From: the human T2T-CHM13v2.0 reference genome, Homo sapiens
Direction: 5' to 3' (one strand)
Assembly: GCF_009914755.1 (NCBI RefSeq)
Contig: NC_060939.1
DNA length: 64,000 bases
In this document: one piece after another, positions 1 through 18,243 of the stretch
How positions within the stretch are numbered: position 1 is the first letter of the stretch
Layout: each line of letters starts with the position of its first letter
Position numbers and translations under genes: made by a program
The notes under the pieces: model-generated
Told to the model about the DNA's origin: nothing
Seen by the model: the letters and a program-made list of their open reading frames with translations, nothing else
Databases searched by the model: none

Positions 1-641
1 CAGGCCTGGGGCTCATCCATCCGTCAGATGGGGCTGGCTGCCTTCCCTCCCCTTCTATGTGTCCTCTCATACCGCCCTCCAACTCCAACTGCTCCCCTGC
101 CAAGGGAGTGCTCTTGGTCACAGGCACAGGAAGCAGCCCCTTGAAGGCTCAGCACCACCCCTCTGTCCTCCTTTATTTGCTTCCCACTCCTTTTTGTATC
201 CATTGAGCTAGACATGGATCTCTAAAGATACCACGCCCTGGGATAGGATTCTGGGGAGGAGCTATCAGACAGTCACACCTTAGTGATAATTGACTTGATA
301 TTTTGCCAGGGGAAAAATAGACTTGACAGAAGAGAGGGCATGTCCAGAGCCTGGGAGGTAGGTGGGAGAGGCAGGGGGTAGAGAGCCCCCAGGGGGCTGT
401 GTGTGCTGCACAAACCCTTCACCCATGACCCACCAACCCTTTCCATTCCTTTCCCCAACCTTAGGGCACCCACTGGGAGTGAAGCGCTAGCTGATACGTA
501 ACACCATCTCTCCATTTCCCTTCCCTGACCCAGGGTCCTGGGGACCCCCAGGCCACTTGGCCTGGTTGGTGATGGGGGACAGTGGGATAGTCAGGGTTCC
601 ATAACTAAGCTCCCAGCATAGAATTTCCACGCCGCAGTTCA

Positions 642-707
642 GGCGCCATGGCAACCAGGGGAAATAAACACTACGAGTTTCACAGTCCAAGCTCTGCCGT
701 GACGTCA
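642..707 (+). promoter_or_regulatory. ODF3L1 proximal promoter: RFX X-box, forkhead site and palindromic CRE
   Basis: GGCGCCATGGCAAC at 642-655 (12/14 to X-box GTTGCCATGGCAAC), ATAAACA at 664-670 and TGACGTCA at 700-707, all 200-270 bp upstream of the ATG. Confidence 0.65.
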
Positions 708-848
708 TCTCCAGCTCCAGCCTGCTGGGGCCTGTGCTGACTGTGCCCCAGACAGCCTTAGCTGCTCAAGCTGGAGAACTGTCTTCCTTCCCAGCTTCCT
801 CCGTGTCTGGGGTGGGGGATGGGGGGGTCTCAGGCAGGGATACTCTAG

Positions 849-4249
<3,401 letters not shown>

Positions 4250-5679
4250 GGCCCCTCTTGGGGCACTCACTGCCCCTCATCCCCAGAAATTATTTTTCTA
4301 CACCAAATTGAGCAATTTGACCAAGATTTCTAGTAGCAGAGCCGGTACCTGCTGAGTGTCCGGCACACAGAAGACATTAGAGATACATTTTCATGTATTT
4401 GTTTTTTCCTTTTCTGTTCACAGTTGCTTCCTGTGGGTCCTGCTCTGGGTGAGGGGCTGGGGACACTGGAAGGAATGATACAGTCCCTGTCCTTGAAGAG
4501 TTCCATTCTGGTTCACCAGGTGGGGAAGCCATGTGTCTGTCCTCCAAGGAGCCCCAGGCAGAGACTCGGGAGAGCTGCATTCCAGTCCTAACTGCCATTA
4601 CAGGCTGTGTGGCCTTGTGCAGCTCCTGCCCCTCTCTGGGCTCAGGATTGCCCTTTAGACAGTGCACAGGGTAGGCTTGGAAGAGGTCTAGGTTCTCCCA
4701 AGTTCCAGAACTGTGGGACTGTGCTGACAGTGTGCAGTCCCCGAGACAGGGGCAGGGCAGGTCGGGGTGCAGGCAGAGGAGCGGAGTCCCTCTGGTTGGG
4801 AGTTGGGAGAGGAGTTTCCTCGGGGAGGGACCTAAGAGGACAAGAGGAGACTGCTGGGGAGGGCGAAGGTGGAGGTCAAGGTGAGAGCAAAGTATGCAGG
4901 TGCAGTGACAGGGAACTGGGGAGGCACAGAGCAGCAGGGGCCTGGGGTGCAGGGGGCGAGGCTGCTACCCGGGGCCACATTGTGGGCAGCCGGGAGGGGC
5001 CTCGGGCTTTGCCCTGAAGGTGTGAGGGCCGGAAGATGCTTTGGGAGAAGCTCGGACAGGATGGGCAGAGTGGGAGGCAGCTCCCAGCTGGGCAGACTGC
5101 AGGGAAGGTCAGCTTGTCACATGCTGTTTTTGGGGTCACTCACTATGTCCCCAACCTCAACAGCTTAGCCTGGCAGTGCCTGTCAGAGGAGCAGCCGTGA
5201 ATTAGCCAGGAGGGGGCAGCGCTGTCTCAATCTTCAAGCCCAGGCCTGTGCCTACCCACCCTGGCTGGCACCCGCTCTGGCTTTGCTGCTGCTGGGCGGA
5301 CAGGCGCCAGCTCCTGTTGGTCTTGAGGAGGTGAGGGTCTCTGGGGCTGGCATTTGTCCTTCCTCTGTTCTTGGCATCCAGAGCCCCAATTCACCTCTAC
5401 TCCTGGACACAGGAACCTGGCAGTCCCAGGCCAGTGTGAGGCATGGAGGGGATGCGGCTGAGGTCAGCAAAGAGGCTGGGTGGGAGGGTGGGAGCCATGG
5501 AGGGAGTGGGAGGGAGGAGGGGGGTGAGAAAGCCCCCAGACCTAATGGCTCAGGCAGAGGCAGACTGTTCCGCAGAGCAGAGGGTGACAGGAAGAGAGCA
5601 CCGCCTCAGAACCAGTGTCTAATGGTTCATCCTTATAAACCTGAACAATATCCAGGTTTTAATTTAAAGTGAAAATTGA

Positions 5680-5990
5680 GGCTGGGTGCAGTGGCCCAAG
5701 CCTGAAATCCCAGCATTTTGGGAGAGCAAGGCAAGCAGATCATTTGAGGTCAGGAGTTCAAGACCAGCCTGGACAACATGGCGAGACCCCGTGTCTACAA
5801 AATAAAATACAAAGATTAGCCAGGCATGGTAGCTGGCACCTATAGACCCAGCTACTCAGGTGGCTGAGGTGGGGGGATCGCTTGAGCCCAGGAGGTCAAG
5901 GCTGCAGTGAGCTGTGATTGTGCCACTGCACTCCAGCTTGGGCGATACAGCAAGACCCTGTCTAAAAAAAAGAAAGAAAAGAAAAGAAAA
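5680..5990 (+). mobile_element. AluJ
   Basis: Full dimer with A-rich tail; TSD GAAAATTGA on both sides. Confidence 0.9.
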
Positions 5991-6528
5991 TTGAATTGAA
6001 GCCCTAACTTTGGTCAGAAAGGAACAGAGCATATAATATTCTTTGGAATATTTTTAAAAGCACACATACAACTAAATATTTAGAAAAGAGCCTGTGGTAA
6101 ACCCCACTAGGGATGTCCTTGATTCTGGGCCCTGAGGTCTCCTCTCCATCCCACCCGCCCCCAGGCCCTGGGCTTTGCATCTGCCCATCCTCTCAACAAG
6201 GCTGGCCTGGGCTGGCTCTTGGGAGGCTGTGGGAGCTCGGGGACCCGTCTGTCTTGTGGCAGATTAGAAAGATGTCATTTTGCCAACAGTGCCATTTATC
6301 ATGGCAGCTGCAAAAATTAGTGATGCTTGGTGTGTAAGTGTTGGGTGGGGGTGGGAGCTGGCAGGTGACAGCAGCCAATGCTCCCCAGTGTTACCAGGTC
6401 AGGGAACTGCAGGCCAACCTCTGAATAGGGGCTTTCTGATTTAACACTTAGCCCAGGTGAAGGCCCTCTGTTGGAAAGATGAGGAAGCTGGCGCTCGGAG
6501 CCTGGAAATAACTTCGGCCACGTGATAA

Positions 6529-6770
6529 TTTTTTTTTGTGACAGGATCTTGCTCCGTTGCCCAGGCTGGAGTGCAGTGGCACAATCTTGGTTCACTGCAG
6601 TAGCTGGGACTACAGGCACATGCCACCAAACCTGGTTAATTTTTAAATCTTTTTGTAGAGACGTGGTCTTGTTATGTTGCCTAGGCTGGTCTCGAACTCA
6701 TGGCCTCAAGTGATCCTCCTGCTTGGGCCTCCCAAAGTGGGATTACAGGTTTGAGCCACCATGCCTAGCC
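6529..6770 (-). mobile_element. AluJ with internal deletion
   Basis: Reverse Alu; TTCACTGCAG joins TAGCTGGGAC directly, so about 45-50 bp is missing. Confidence 0.85.
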
Positions 6771-7429
6771 CACATGACAAATTAATGGTCCATCTCTAAA
6801 TAAAGGTCTAGGTTCTGTGTGTGACCAGGACCAGGGCTCATCTAGGGTGAAGTGCTTTACTTCTATTAGGAGTAAGTATTATTTTTGCCTTTATGGCTCA
6901 GTCTAGGACAGACCTTCAGCCTGGCCCCAGCTGCCACCAGACAGAGGCAGGATTGGGAGCTGGCCCTGGAGCTAGGACTCACTCTTGGGGTAGGTTTATG
7001 GTCCCAAGAGAAGGGGAGAAGGAGGATGGAGGGTTCAGAAGGAATATTGGGGGGGGGTGAAGATGTTCAGATGAGAGGTGGCCCCGCAATCAAAGGGATG
7101 CCGACTCCAGGGAAGATGAATGGGGCCTCCCTTGTGCCTCGGCCTGCAAAATGACAGGGTCATTTAGCTTGGGATTGACCTTTGGATGAAGCAGTCCCAT
7201 CACTTGACATTGCCTTTCCTGTGGTAGTGCCCCCAGAGAGGTGACTTGCAGAAGGTCAGGCACGGCCTCCCAGGTCTGGCCGACTGCTGCGTGGCCCCTT
7301 CTGAACAACTCAGGGGGTTCTCGCTTGACCTTGCAGGAAGCCCTGGTTTGATCCTTGTAGGACTTGAATCTGTATCTTCAGGTCACTAGACTCCGGAGCC
7401 TGGCACTTGATCACACACAAAGCCCCCAT

Positions 7430-7490
7430 CCGTGCATTCATTCATTCAACAAACATTTGCTAAGCTCCTGCCCTGTGCCAGGCTCTGGCT
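7430..7490 (-). mobile_element. L2 3' end fragment
   Basis: CATTCATTCATTCAACAAACATTTGCTAAGCTCCTGCCCTGTGCCAGGC, the typical reverse L2 tail. Confidence 0.6.
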
Positions 7491-10400
7491 GGGTCCGGGG
7501 GTACGAAGACTTGGTCTTCACCTGGAGCCCTGGCCTCCAGGAGGTCTGAGGCTGTGTCCGTGAGAGGGTGGGAATTCACCCTCTCCCACCACGAGCAGAT
7601 GTTGGAGGGTGGATGAGGCTCGGTGCCTGGCAGGAGACCCACCTGAGGTTCCTCTCTTCTCTCTAGGGGGCAAGACAGGCCTGGCTCCATGTTGGGTTAC
7701 CTCAGCCAGGGCTTGGTGGTGACATCACAGTCCCACGAGCCTCTTGGACACTGGCTGGGGTGGGGGCTGGTCTCTGTTGTTCCACTGTTGCTGGAGGGAA
7801 CCCCAAGGCCAATCACCACTCAGGTTCCCAGGACCTGGGGGGATGGTGGCCCTGGGCCAGGAGCAGAAGAGGGGCCCTGCCTGCAGGGACACATGGACAC
7901 ACCATCTGGAGGCACACAGGTAGGGGCTGTGCACACACACGTCCCTTACCGCACACACGTGGGGCAAGACACACACACAAATGCACAGACCCACACCTTA
8001 CTCTACGCACACACACCTGGTACCACCACTGCCTTCAAACACCCTGCCCCATCCCTCTCTCCCAGGCATCTCATCTCATGCACAGATACGCGCCCACCCA
8101 GGCTCACTGGCGCCCCTCACTGCCCTGGAGTAGTAAATCCACAAACCATGAGATGTCCCGACATGCAGAGAGAGGTGGGATGGGTGATGGGAGGGAGGTC
8201 AGGAGAGTCCCTGCATTCCCCCAGGAGAGGGGACCGCTGGCTGCTCTCAGCCCGCCAGCCTGGGACCTGGCCTCTGGGCGCTGTGCACGTGGTCGTGAGA
8301 GGGCACCCCCATGAAGACAAGCCAGGTCCCCACTCCTGCTCCCAGCACTCACAGACACCCACTCTCGGGGCTGCTCAGGTACGGGAGGACTAAACAGGAG
8401 CTCCTGCCACCCGGCTCCTTTCGGGGTGTGGTGGGGGGCTGGTGGGAGGACACATCCCCCTGAGTCCGTGGCCCTGCTCACTGGTGGAGAGTTGCCCGCC
8501 CTCCCGTTCCTTCTGCTCCCTCTTCCTCTCCACGCCCACATCCTCCCAGCTGGCCTTTCTCTCCCCCAGATCCTCTCCCATGACCAGGTTTCCTCTCTCT
8601 CTCTCTCTCTCTCGCTCCCTGTGTCCCTGTGACCTACTTATGCTCTAGAATAATGATCGACATTTTCAATTACCCCCAAAGTAACAGCCGTTCTTGGGGC
8701 CTGGCGGAGGACGGCTGCATGGGCGTGGGCACGGGCGCTGGTTTGAGTGTGGGGCCTGCGGGTGGTGGGGGTGGGGACGCCCATGGTCCCACTGTCCTTT
8801 GTTTGCTTTTTCTCATCCGGAGCCTTCAATTTTTCCTGGAAGATTGGAAGCACGTTTCCCTTCAGGGGAGGAAGGGAGATAAAACAGAGAAATAAAAACT
8901 GTCATCATTCTCTTGTAAACAGCGTAGAGCCAAGTGGGGGCTCGGCAGGAGAGAGCGACATGAGGGAGAGGCCAGGACAGAGAAAGGGGGCCGAGAGGGA
9001 TGGGGTGGGGAGGTGAGCAGGAGCCCCCCCTCAAGGCCGGGTGGGTGGGTGTCCTGCAGGAAGGACTGATGGGAGGGGAATGAGGCGAGGTGAGGCTGAT
9101 CCAGGGCTGGGGCCAGGTTGGGGGGTTGCGGTTTGAGGAGACACAGTGTCTGCTGAGTGCCAGGCAGGCCCTGGGAGGCAGGCGCTATTCTCCGAATCCC
9201 ACCCTGCGCCAGGCTCTGGGGGCGCTGAGGTGAGTGACAGACATGTCTTTGCACTCTTGGGGCATAAACTCTATTGGAAACAAAGCGGTGGCTTCATGTG
9301 TTCAGCACTTATATCAATTGAGGCTCAGAGAGGGTGGGTGACCTGCCCGATGACACACAGCTGGAGGTGAGGGGACCAGGATCCCAGCCAGGTCCGTGTG
9401 ACCGCAGTCTCCTTTCACACCACCTCCGCTGTGGGCACACTTGGCTCTTGCGTGACCTTGAGCAAGTCCTCACCTCTTGGCCATCAGTTTCCCCATCTGA
9501 AAAGCAGCCAGCATGCTGGCTCTCTGCAGGGCTGAGGGGAGCATCAGATGTCTGGATGTGAAGGACGCTCAGCTCTGGCTCTCTGGCGAGTTGGCGGGGG
9601 GACGGAGGAGCAAAGACCACCGGGTGCTGGGAGAGGGACTGGCCGGCAGGGAAAGGAGGCCGGACCGCAGATTTACTCCCTGCTGCTGCCCAGTGGCAAT
9701 AATTGGGTACTGCAGAGGGTGGGTCTGGAGGACCTTCTTCAGCTTGCAACAAGGCCAGAGCAGAAAGGTGCCTCTAGGGAGTGTTGTCTAGTCCTCCCGG
9801 CCCCATTTTGCTGATGCCCAGAGAAAGGAGGGACTCCTCCTCAGGTCATCCAGGGCAGAAGCTTGGGCTAGGCTTTCAGGGTAGGGTGCTTCCCTCCATC
9901 CCTGTGGCAATCAAGAAGCCCCCAGTCAGCTTCAGAGCAAGAGAAACAGAGTTCTACATCCTCTGCTTGATGCCACCACCTCCAGGGAGACTTCCAGGGT
10001 CTCCTCCAGTAGGAAGTGGCCTCACTCCTGCCCTGCAGTCCCACACTCAAACTCTCCTTGCTCCTCCTGCCCCACCCAACCATGACTGTCCTCCTGCCCG
10101 CAGCAAATCAGGCAGCGGGGCCCCTTGAGACACGAGAGATGGTGGAGAACCATTGTTACCACTCAGGGAGCATGTGCCAGGGGCCCACTCTGTCCTGCGG
10201 CTCTACCTGCATCCTCTCACTTGAACCTCGTAAGAACCTTGGTAAGTTGGGGTTATTTTGATCCCCATTTTTCAGGTGAGGGAACGGGCACAGAGAGTTT
10301 ATGACCTTTACACACAGAGTGGTGGGGCATGGACTCAAACCCAGGTCTGTCTGTTCTCTGGAGAGGCACCTGCATTTGGAGGTGAAAACTACCCCTGTGG

Positions 10401-10545
10401 CCATATGACAGTCCACTGTGACCGGACACTGAAATGACCAGTCCAGGGGGCTTGTGGGCTGGGGTCTCAGCTTCACCACTGTGCTGCTGGGTGACTTTGG
10501 GCAAGGCCCATTCCTCTCTGGACCCTGGTTTCTCATCTGTGTACT

Positions 10546-10602
10546 GTGTATGTGCATGCATGCATGTGTGTGTATATATGCGTGCGTGCGTGCGTGTGTG
10601 TG
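10546..10602. repeat. Mixed TG/CG/TA alternating purine-pyrimidine tract
   Basis: TGTATGTGCATGCATGCATGTGTGTGTATATATGCGTGCGTGCGTGCGTGTGTGTG. Confidence 0.8.
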
Positions 10603-11345
10603 TTCTGGGCTACCTCAGAGATCCATTCTGGCTTTGAGTGTGGTATATCCCATCTTGGGCTGGTCCCAAGGCTTGGGCCCTGGGATGGAAAGGTTTTAAA
10701 GGTCATGGGGAGGGGGTGCAGATGGCAGTGTGGGAGGCAGAGCTCTGGCTAAGAGCTGGGCCCCTTGGGTGCACCTCCTGCTTGCGTGTCACTGTGTAGG
10801 GCTGGGGATCAAGGGGAGGCATGGACTGTGAGGGCACGAGGGATCCGGCTCTGGGACAGGTATGGGGTTGGCCCTAGGGCCTGGATGTGTCTCCCTCCAC
10901 TGCCTGCCACAGAGGGAGTTTGTCTTACAGGAAACAGCCTCATCCATCAGCGGCAATGGGGGGCTGACAGTGGCCACTCCCCACCAGCCCTGGCTGGAGG
11001 CAGACTCATAAATCCCATGCCAGGCTGGGCTGTAAATTCCTGTGATTCACATCTGGCCTCTTGGAGGACAGAGACATTTGGGGCTGTGGGGCTGGCTGTT
11101 CTCTCTTGGACAGGACAGGTGGGTACCCGGGAGAAGCCTCTTCACTGGCCCAGCAGTCTCAGATGGCCCCCCCGAGGAGATGCGATGCTGAGCCCCTGGA
11201 TGCCTCAGGCCCAGCCCGAGCCATCTCTGCCCACGCCCAGGCCACCTCTGCCTGGGCCATTCCTGTGCTCTGGCCCGAATCACCCTGGAGGTCACGTGTG
11301 TGGACACACTCTGTGGCCTCAGAGATCTCATGGGGCCTGTGGCCC

Positions 11346-12295
11346 TGTGGGTGGAGGATTACTCAGGTGCTGGGGCAAGAGACTGAAGGCACAAACTGTT
11401 TCAATATAATAAAGAAAATAATTAGAATAAGAATAGTCATAATACAAATTAGATATAGAGATGATCATAGACAATTACCAATCATTACTATAAACATTAT
11501 TAATCATTAGCTTTTAATTACTAATATAACCTAGGAATAACCTGCGGGTATAGGGTCAGGTGCTGAAGGGACATTGTGAGAAGTGATGTAGAAGGCAAGA
11601 GGTGAGCCCTGTCATGCCCGCATAAGGTCCGCTTGAGGGCTCCTTGGTCAAGTGGTAACGCCAGTGTCTGGGAAGGCACCCGTTACTTAGCAGACCGCGA
11701 AAGGGAGTCTCCCTTTCCTTGGAGGAGTCAGGGAACACTCTGCTCCACCAGCTTCTTGTGGGAGGCTGGATAGTATCCAGGCCTGCCCGCAGTCATCCGG
11801 AGGCCTAAACCCCTCCCTGTGGTGCTGTGCTTCAATGGTCACGCTCCTTGTCCACTTTCATGTTCCTCCTGTACTCCTGGTTCCTCTTTGAAGTTTGTAG
11901 TAGACAGTGGTAGAAGGAATAGTGAAAGTCTTAAAGTCTTTGATCTTTCTTATAAGTGCATAGAAGAAAACGCTGACGTATGCTGCCTTCTCTCTCCCTG
12001 CTTCGGCTACCTAAGAGGGAAGGGCCCCCTGTTCTGTGATCACGTGACTTGCTTCACCTTGTCAATCACTTAGAAGATTCACCCTCCTTACCCTGCCCCC
12101 TTGTCTTGCATGCAATAAATATCAGCGGGCGCAGCTGTTTGGGGCCACTACCGGTCTCCGCGTCTTGATGGTAGTGGTCCCCTGGGCCCAGCTGTTTTCC
12201 CTTTATCTCTTTGTCTTGTGGCTTTATTTATTACAATCTCTCGTCTCCGCACACGGGGAGAACACCCACTAAGTCCCGTAGGGCTGGACCCTACA
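11346..12295 (+). mobile_element. Solo LTR13 (HERV-K13/HML-4 family)
   Basis: TG...CA ends (TGTGGGTGGAGGATTACTCAGG...GGACCCTACA); 6-bp TSD TGGCCC/TGGCCT; TATA-like at about 11950; AATAAA at 12114-12119. Family assigned from the recalled consensus. Confidence 0.85.
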
Positions 12296-15116
12296 TGGCC
12301 TGGAGGGTTGGCTCCAAGAACCCCACAGTGAGGTCTCCTGCCAATCCGCATGGCATTCTGTCTTGGGGCTGTGAGGACACGGTGGGAGATCAGGGCCCAG
12401 TCTGTGCATCTCTCATTCCAGGGAGGCCGGGGCCCCGAATCCACTGTCCCTTAGACAGGAAGGGGATAGGGACACTCAGACCAGGGCTGCAGCCATTTGT
12501 CGCCTTTCATCAGGACTTTTGCCACACTCAGATGCCACTGGAACTCTACTTAGCGTTTTTTAAAAATCAGCTTACTTTTAAAATTTAAGTGTGTGTTTTA
12601 GCCTCGTCTTTAGCCATATTTGTGAAATCAGGGTCTGATGTACTAGTCAAATACCCGCACACATGTACACATACACATGTGCACATACACGCTCAGACAC
12701 ATACATATACACATATATGTGAAAATATACACATGAAATATATCCATGAAAGTAAACAAAGTTAAAATAGCAAATGCTCAGCTCCATGTACCATCTAATC
12801 CTGCTTTAGGTTTAGAGTGGCTCTAGTCTCCCCCCATTATGGGTGATTCCTCACTGGTGAAACAAAGCAGGTTCAGATGGCTCACAGAGCTGAGCATTTA
12901 CCAGCCATTCTAGCCTTCCTCCATTTTACAGACAAGGAAACCAAGGTCCAGAGAGGTGTAGGGCCTTCCCGAGGTCACACAGCGCTGGGATTAGTGGCCA
13001 GCCTGCCTGACTCCCAGCTGAGTGATCCTTTTACGGAAGCACACTCCCTGTCTGTGGTGTGCAGGGCCCCTTCCTCCAGAAGCATATGTGGACTCACAGA
13101 GCCCTTTAGGAGACTGTGCCCTAACATGCCTCCTTCCCCGCCACCTCGCAGTGCCCAGCACCCTCACTGGCCGGCACGTGCAGCACAGATCTGGGTGTGC
13201 AGCCACTCAGCACACTGATCCACACACGTGGGCAGAGTCACAACACAGAAGCTCGCCTGCACACAGAGGCATTTGCACCAGCTCCCTGCACACTTGTGCC
13301 TGGTGTGTTCAGAGGACCACCTGTGCTGCTCATGGAGACAGGGCTTGCTCGCTAATGTCCAGCTGTCATTTCTCTACCTCAGGTCAGAGAGTCTGACCCA
13401 CCTAAGAGCCTTCCATGGCTCCCTACGGCCTGCAGCATTGAGCCCCAAAAGTCAAACTCTTCGGACTTTGAAGGTTCTCCACCCTATGCCCCACCCTCCC
13501 CACAGAGCTCTTCCTCATTCCGTCTCTGTTCCCTGCTTTGGCCAGTGGCTGTCCTGGATGCGGCCCACACTACACCTCTGCCCACACTGCAGCTCTGTAC
13601 CCAGATACCCTCCAGTTCCTCGCCACATAATTCTATCTCAGTCATGCCCCGGACTGCGTTGAAGCCAGGCTGCCTTGAAGCTCTCCTAGACTGCTCTTTT
13701 CCCCAAGGGAGGGTCATGATTTGCCAAATGTTTCGCATGTGTTAGCAAGACTGGAGTCGGAGCAGGCATCAAACCTTACATCCCATATGTCACACCTCAC
13801 CACAGACCTGGATGCCAAATACCCTGAAGAGTCTGAACTCACATTGGCAGTTAGCAAAGTGCTCCTACAGCCACATCTGCAGTTAACACAGCATCCCTAT
13901 GGCCACTGTCTCTCTTGATCCCCACGGCCACTCTGGGAGAAAGGCAGAGAGTCATCATTTGATAGAAAGGATGCTGAGGCTCTGGGAGGGAAAGGGACTT
14001 GCCTAAAGCCCCAGGGTGAAGCAGCGTCTCTGGACTCCCAGTCCAGTGCTCTTGCCCAGTGCTATGCTGCTTGCCTCTACCCATCTCCGTGGGTCATCAG
14101 CGCATCATAGGGCAAGCCCCAATCCCTGCCTCATTTTGGTTTATGGGCGCTGGACCCACAGCCCTACCCTACAGTCATTTGGAGACAAAAACAGATGCTA
14201 TTGTTCTTCCTTAGAGAACGTGGCCAGTGGATCCGGCACACTGGGAATCAGAGTGAATGTCCTTGAAAGAGGCCATGGGTCAACAAGGCCAAGCCAGAGG
14301 ATGCAGAACGCTTTTCCTTAGAAATCTTTGGGAGTGAAGCAGGCTTCAGACTCTCCCATCCCTGCCCCTGCAGCCACCCCTACCACATTGGTTTGGACCC
14401 AGTAGGTTGGGGCGGGGGCGGGGGCGGGGGCGGGGTGGGGGTGGAGGAAAAATCAGATTGCCCATGCCCCCCAGGCTCCTTCCCCAGCTGCTTCTGTCCT
14501 AGCCCAGGCCTGGTGCCATTCTTCCACTCACACTCGTGTGCAAACCCACACACACATCACACACCTTGATGCTCACAGTCACAGCCTGGCCTCTGCTCCT
14601 GTGGGCCAGCGGCCAGACACCCCCTGGGATGGCTCAGAGGAGTCAGGACTTGGAAGTGAGGACATCAGGGTAGCTGAAGGAAATCCACACACCCAGAACA
14701 TCTCGGGGTTCAGACTCTCTGACCTGAGGTAGGCTCCCCAGGGGCTGGGAGAGGGGTTTGACGGAATGGAGGATGGAGGACAGCGGGAAGAAGAAACGAG
14801 GAGGAATGCAACGTGTGGGGCGGCCGCCAAGAGTGAAAATAGAGGGAAGCGCCATGCAAGTGCTGGAAAGAAGGGGGCAGGTGGGACGAGCCCCACAGCC
14901 CCCTCCACAAAAAGACCACTTCCGGGACTCAGTGCTCCTTTGGGGGCAGGCTCCGCCAGCTCTCCGCCACTCAGGGCTCCGGTCCCACGGTCGGAGTGCC
15001 CGGGACGGAGACGGCCAGTTCTGGCGGCCAGGTCCGACGCTCTAGAATCCAGCCCCATTTCCCTCCCGGCCACGCCCGTCCGGCGGCCTCTCCTGTCATA
15101 TTCAGCCCCTACTCAC

Positions 15117-17178
<2,062 letters not shown>

Positions 17179-17730
17179 CTGGGAGGCCCACACACCAACA
17201 CTGCCACCACTGCTGGCACCAGGGAGCACAGCCAAAGTAGACACACACAGAGAGGAAAAGGGGAGAGGTTGAGTGAACCTGGAACACTGCACCCCAACTC
17301 TAAGTCTCCTCTAGACATTGCCACAGTGAAATAGGGGAGAAAAGAGAAGGCAGTCACAGGAAACCACCATCATAGAAAGGGCATGCAAGAAATGCCATCT
17401 GTGGCAGAGACGGAGACACAAAACTGCCACTGGAGAAGGATGGGAGGACCAGAAGACTTAACTCTGATCTCACCCCAGAGTAGGTAGTGGGGAGGATTCC
17501 TGGTTATTTCTGAGCCAAACAAGGGCTCAGAAACATGGCATGACTTGGCATCACTGTGGATGGTGCCCCAGGGCCCCCCTAGTATCAGCAGCTTGACCCT
17601 CCTCTCCTTGCCCTGCCGCTCACCCCAACACACTCAAGGTACACACCAGCCCTCAGAAAGTAGGACTTCCAGCTGTTCACCTCCTCCTGTGTCTCATGAG
17701 CCAGCTCCAGCTGCCAATAATCCTTGTAGA

Positions 17731-18193
<463 letters not shown>

Positions 18194-18243
18194 TCAGCCT
18201 CAGTTTCCTGATTGGGAAAATGGGTTAATAATAATTCCTGCCT

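Noticed and set aside
7689-8393. 234-aa and overlapping ORFs
   Set aside because: GC-rich, CA-repeat-like sequence with no domain motif or splice pattern; chance ORFs.
8620-8920. Non-repetitive block that might be a conserved element or exon
   Set aside because: No recognisable peptide or RNA motif; conservation cannot be judged without alignments.
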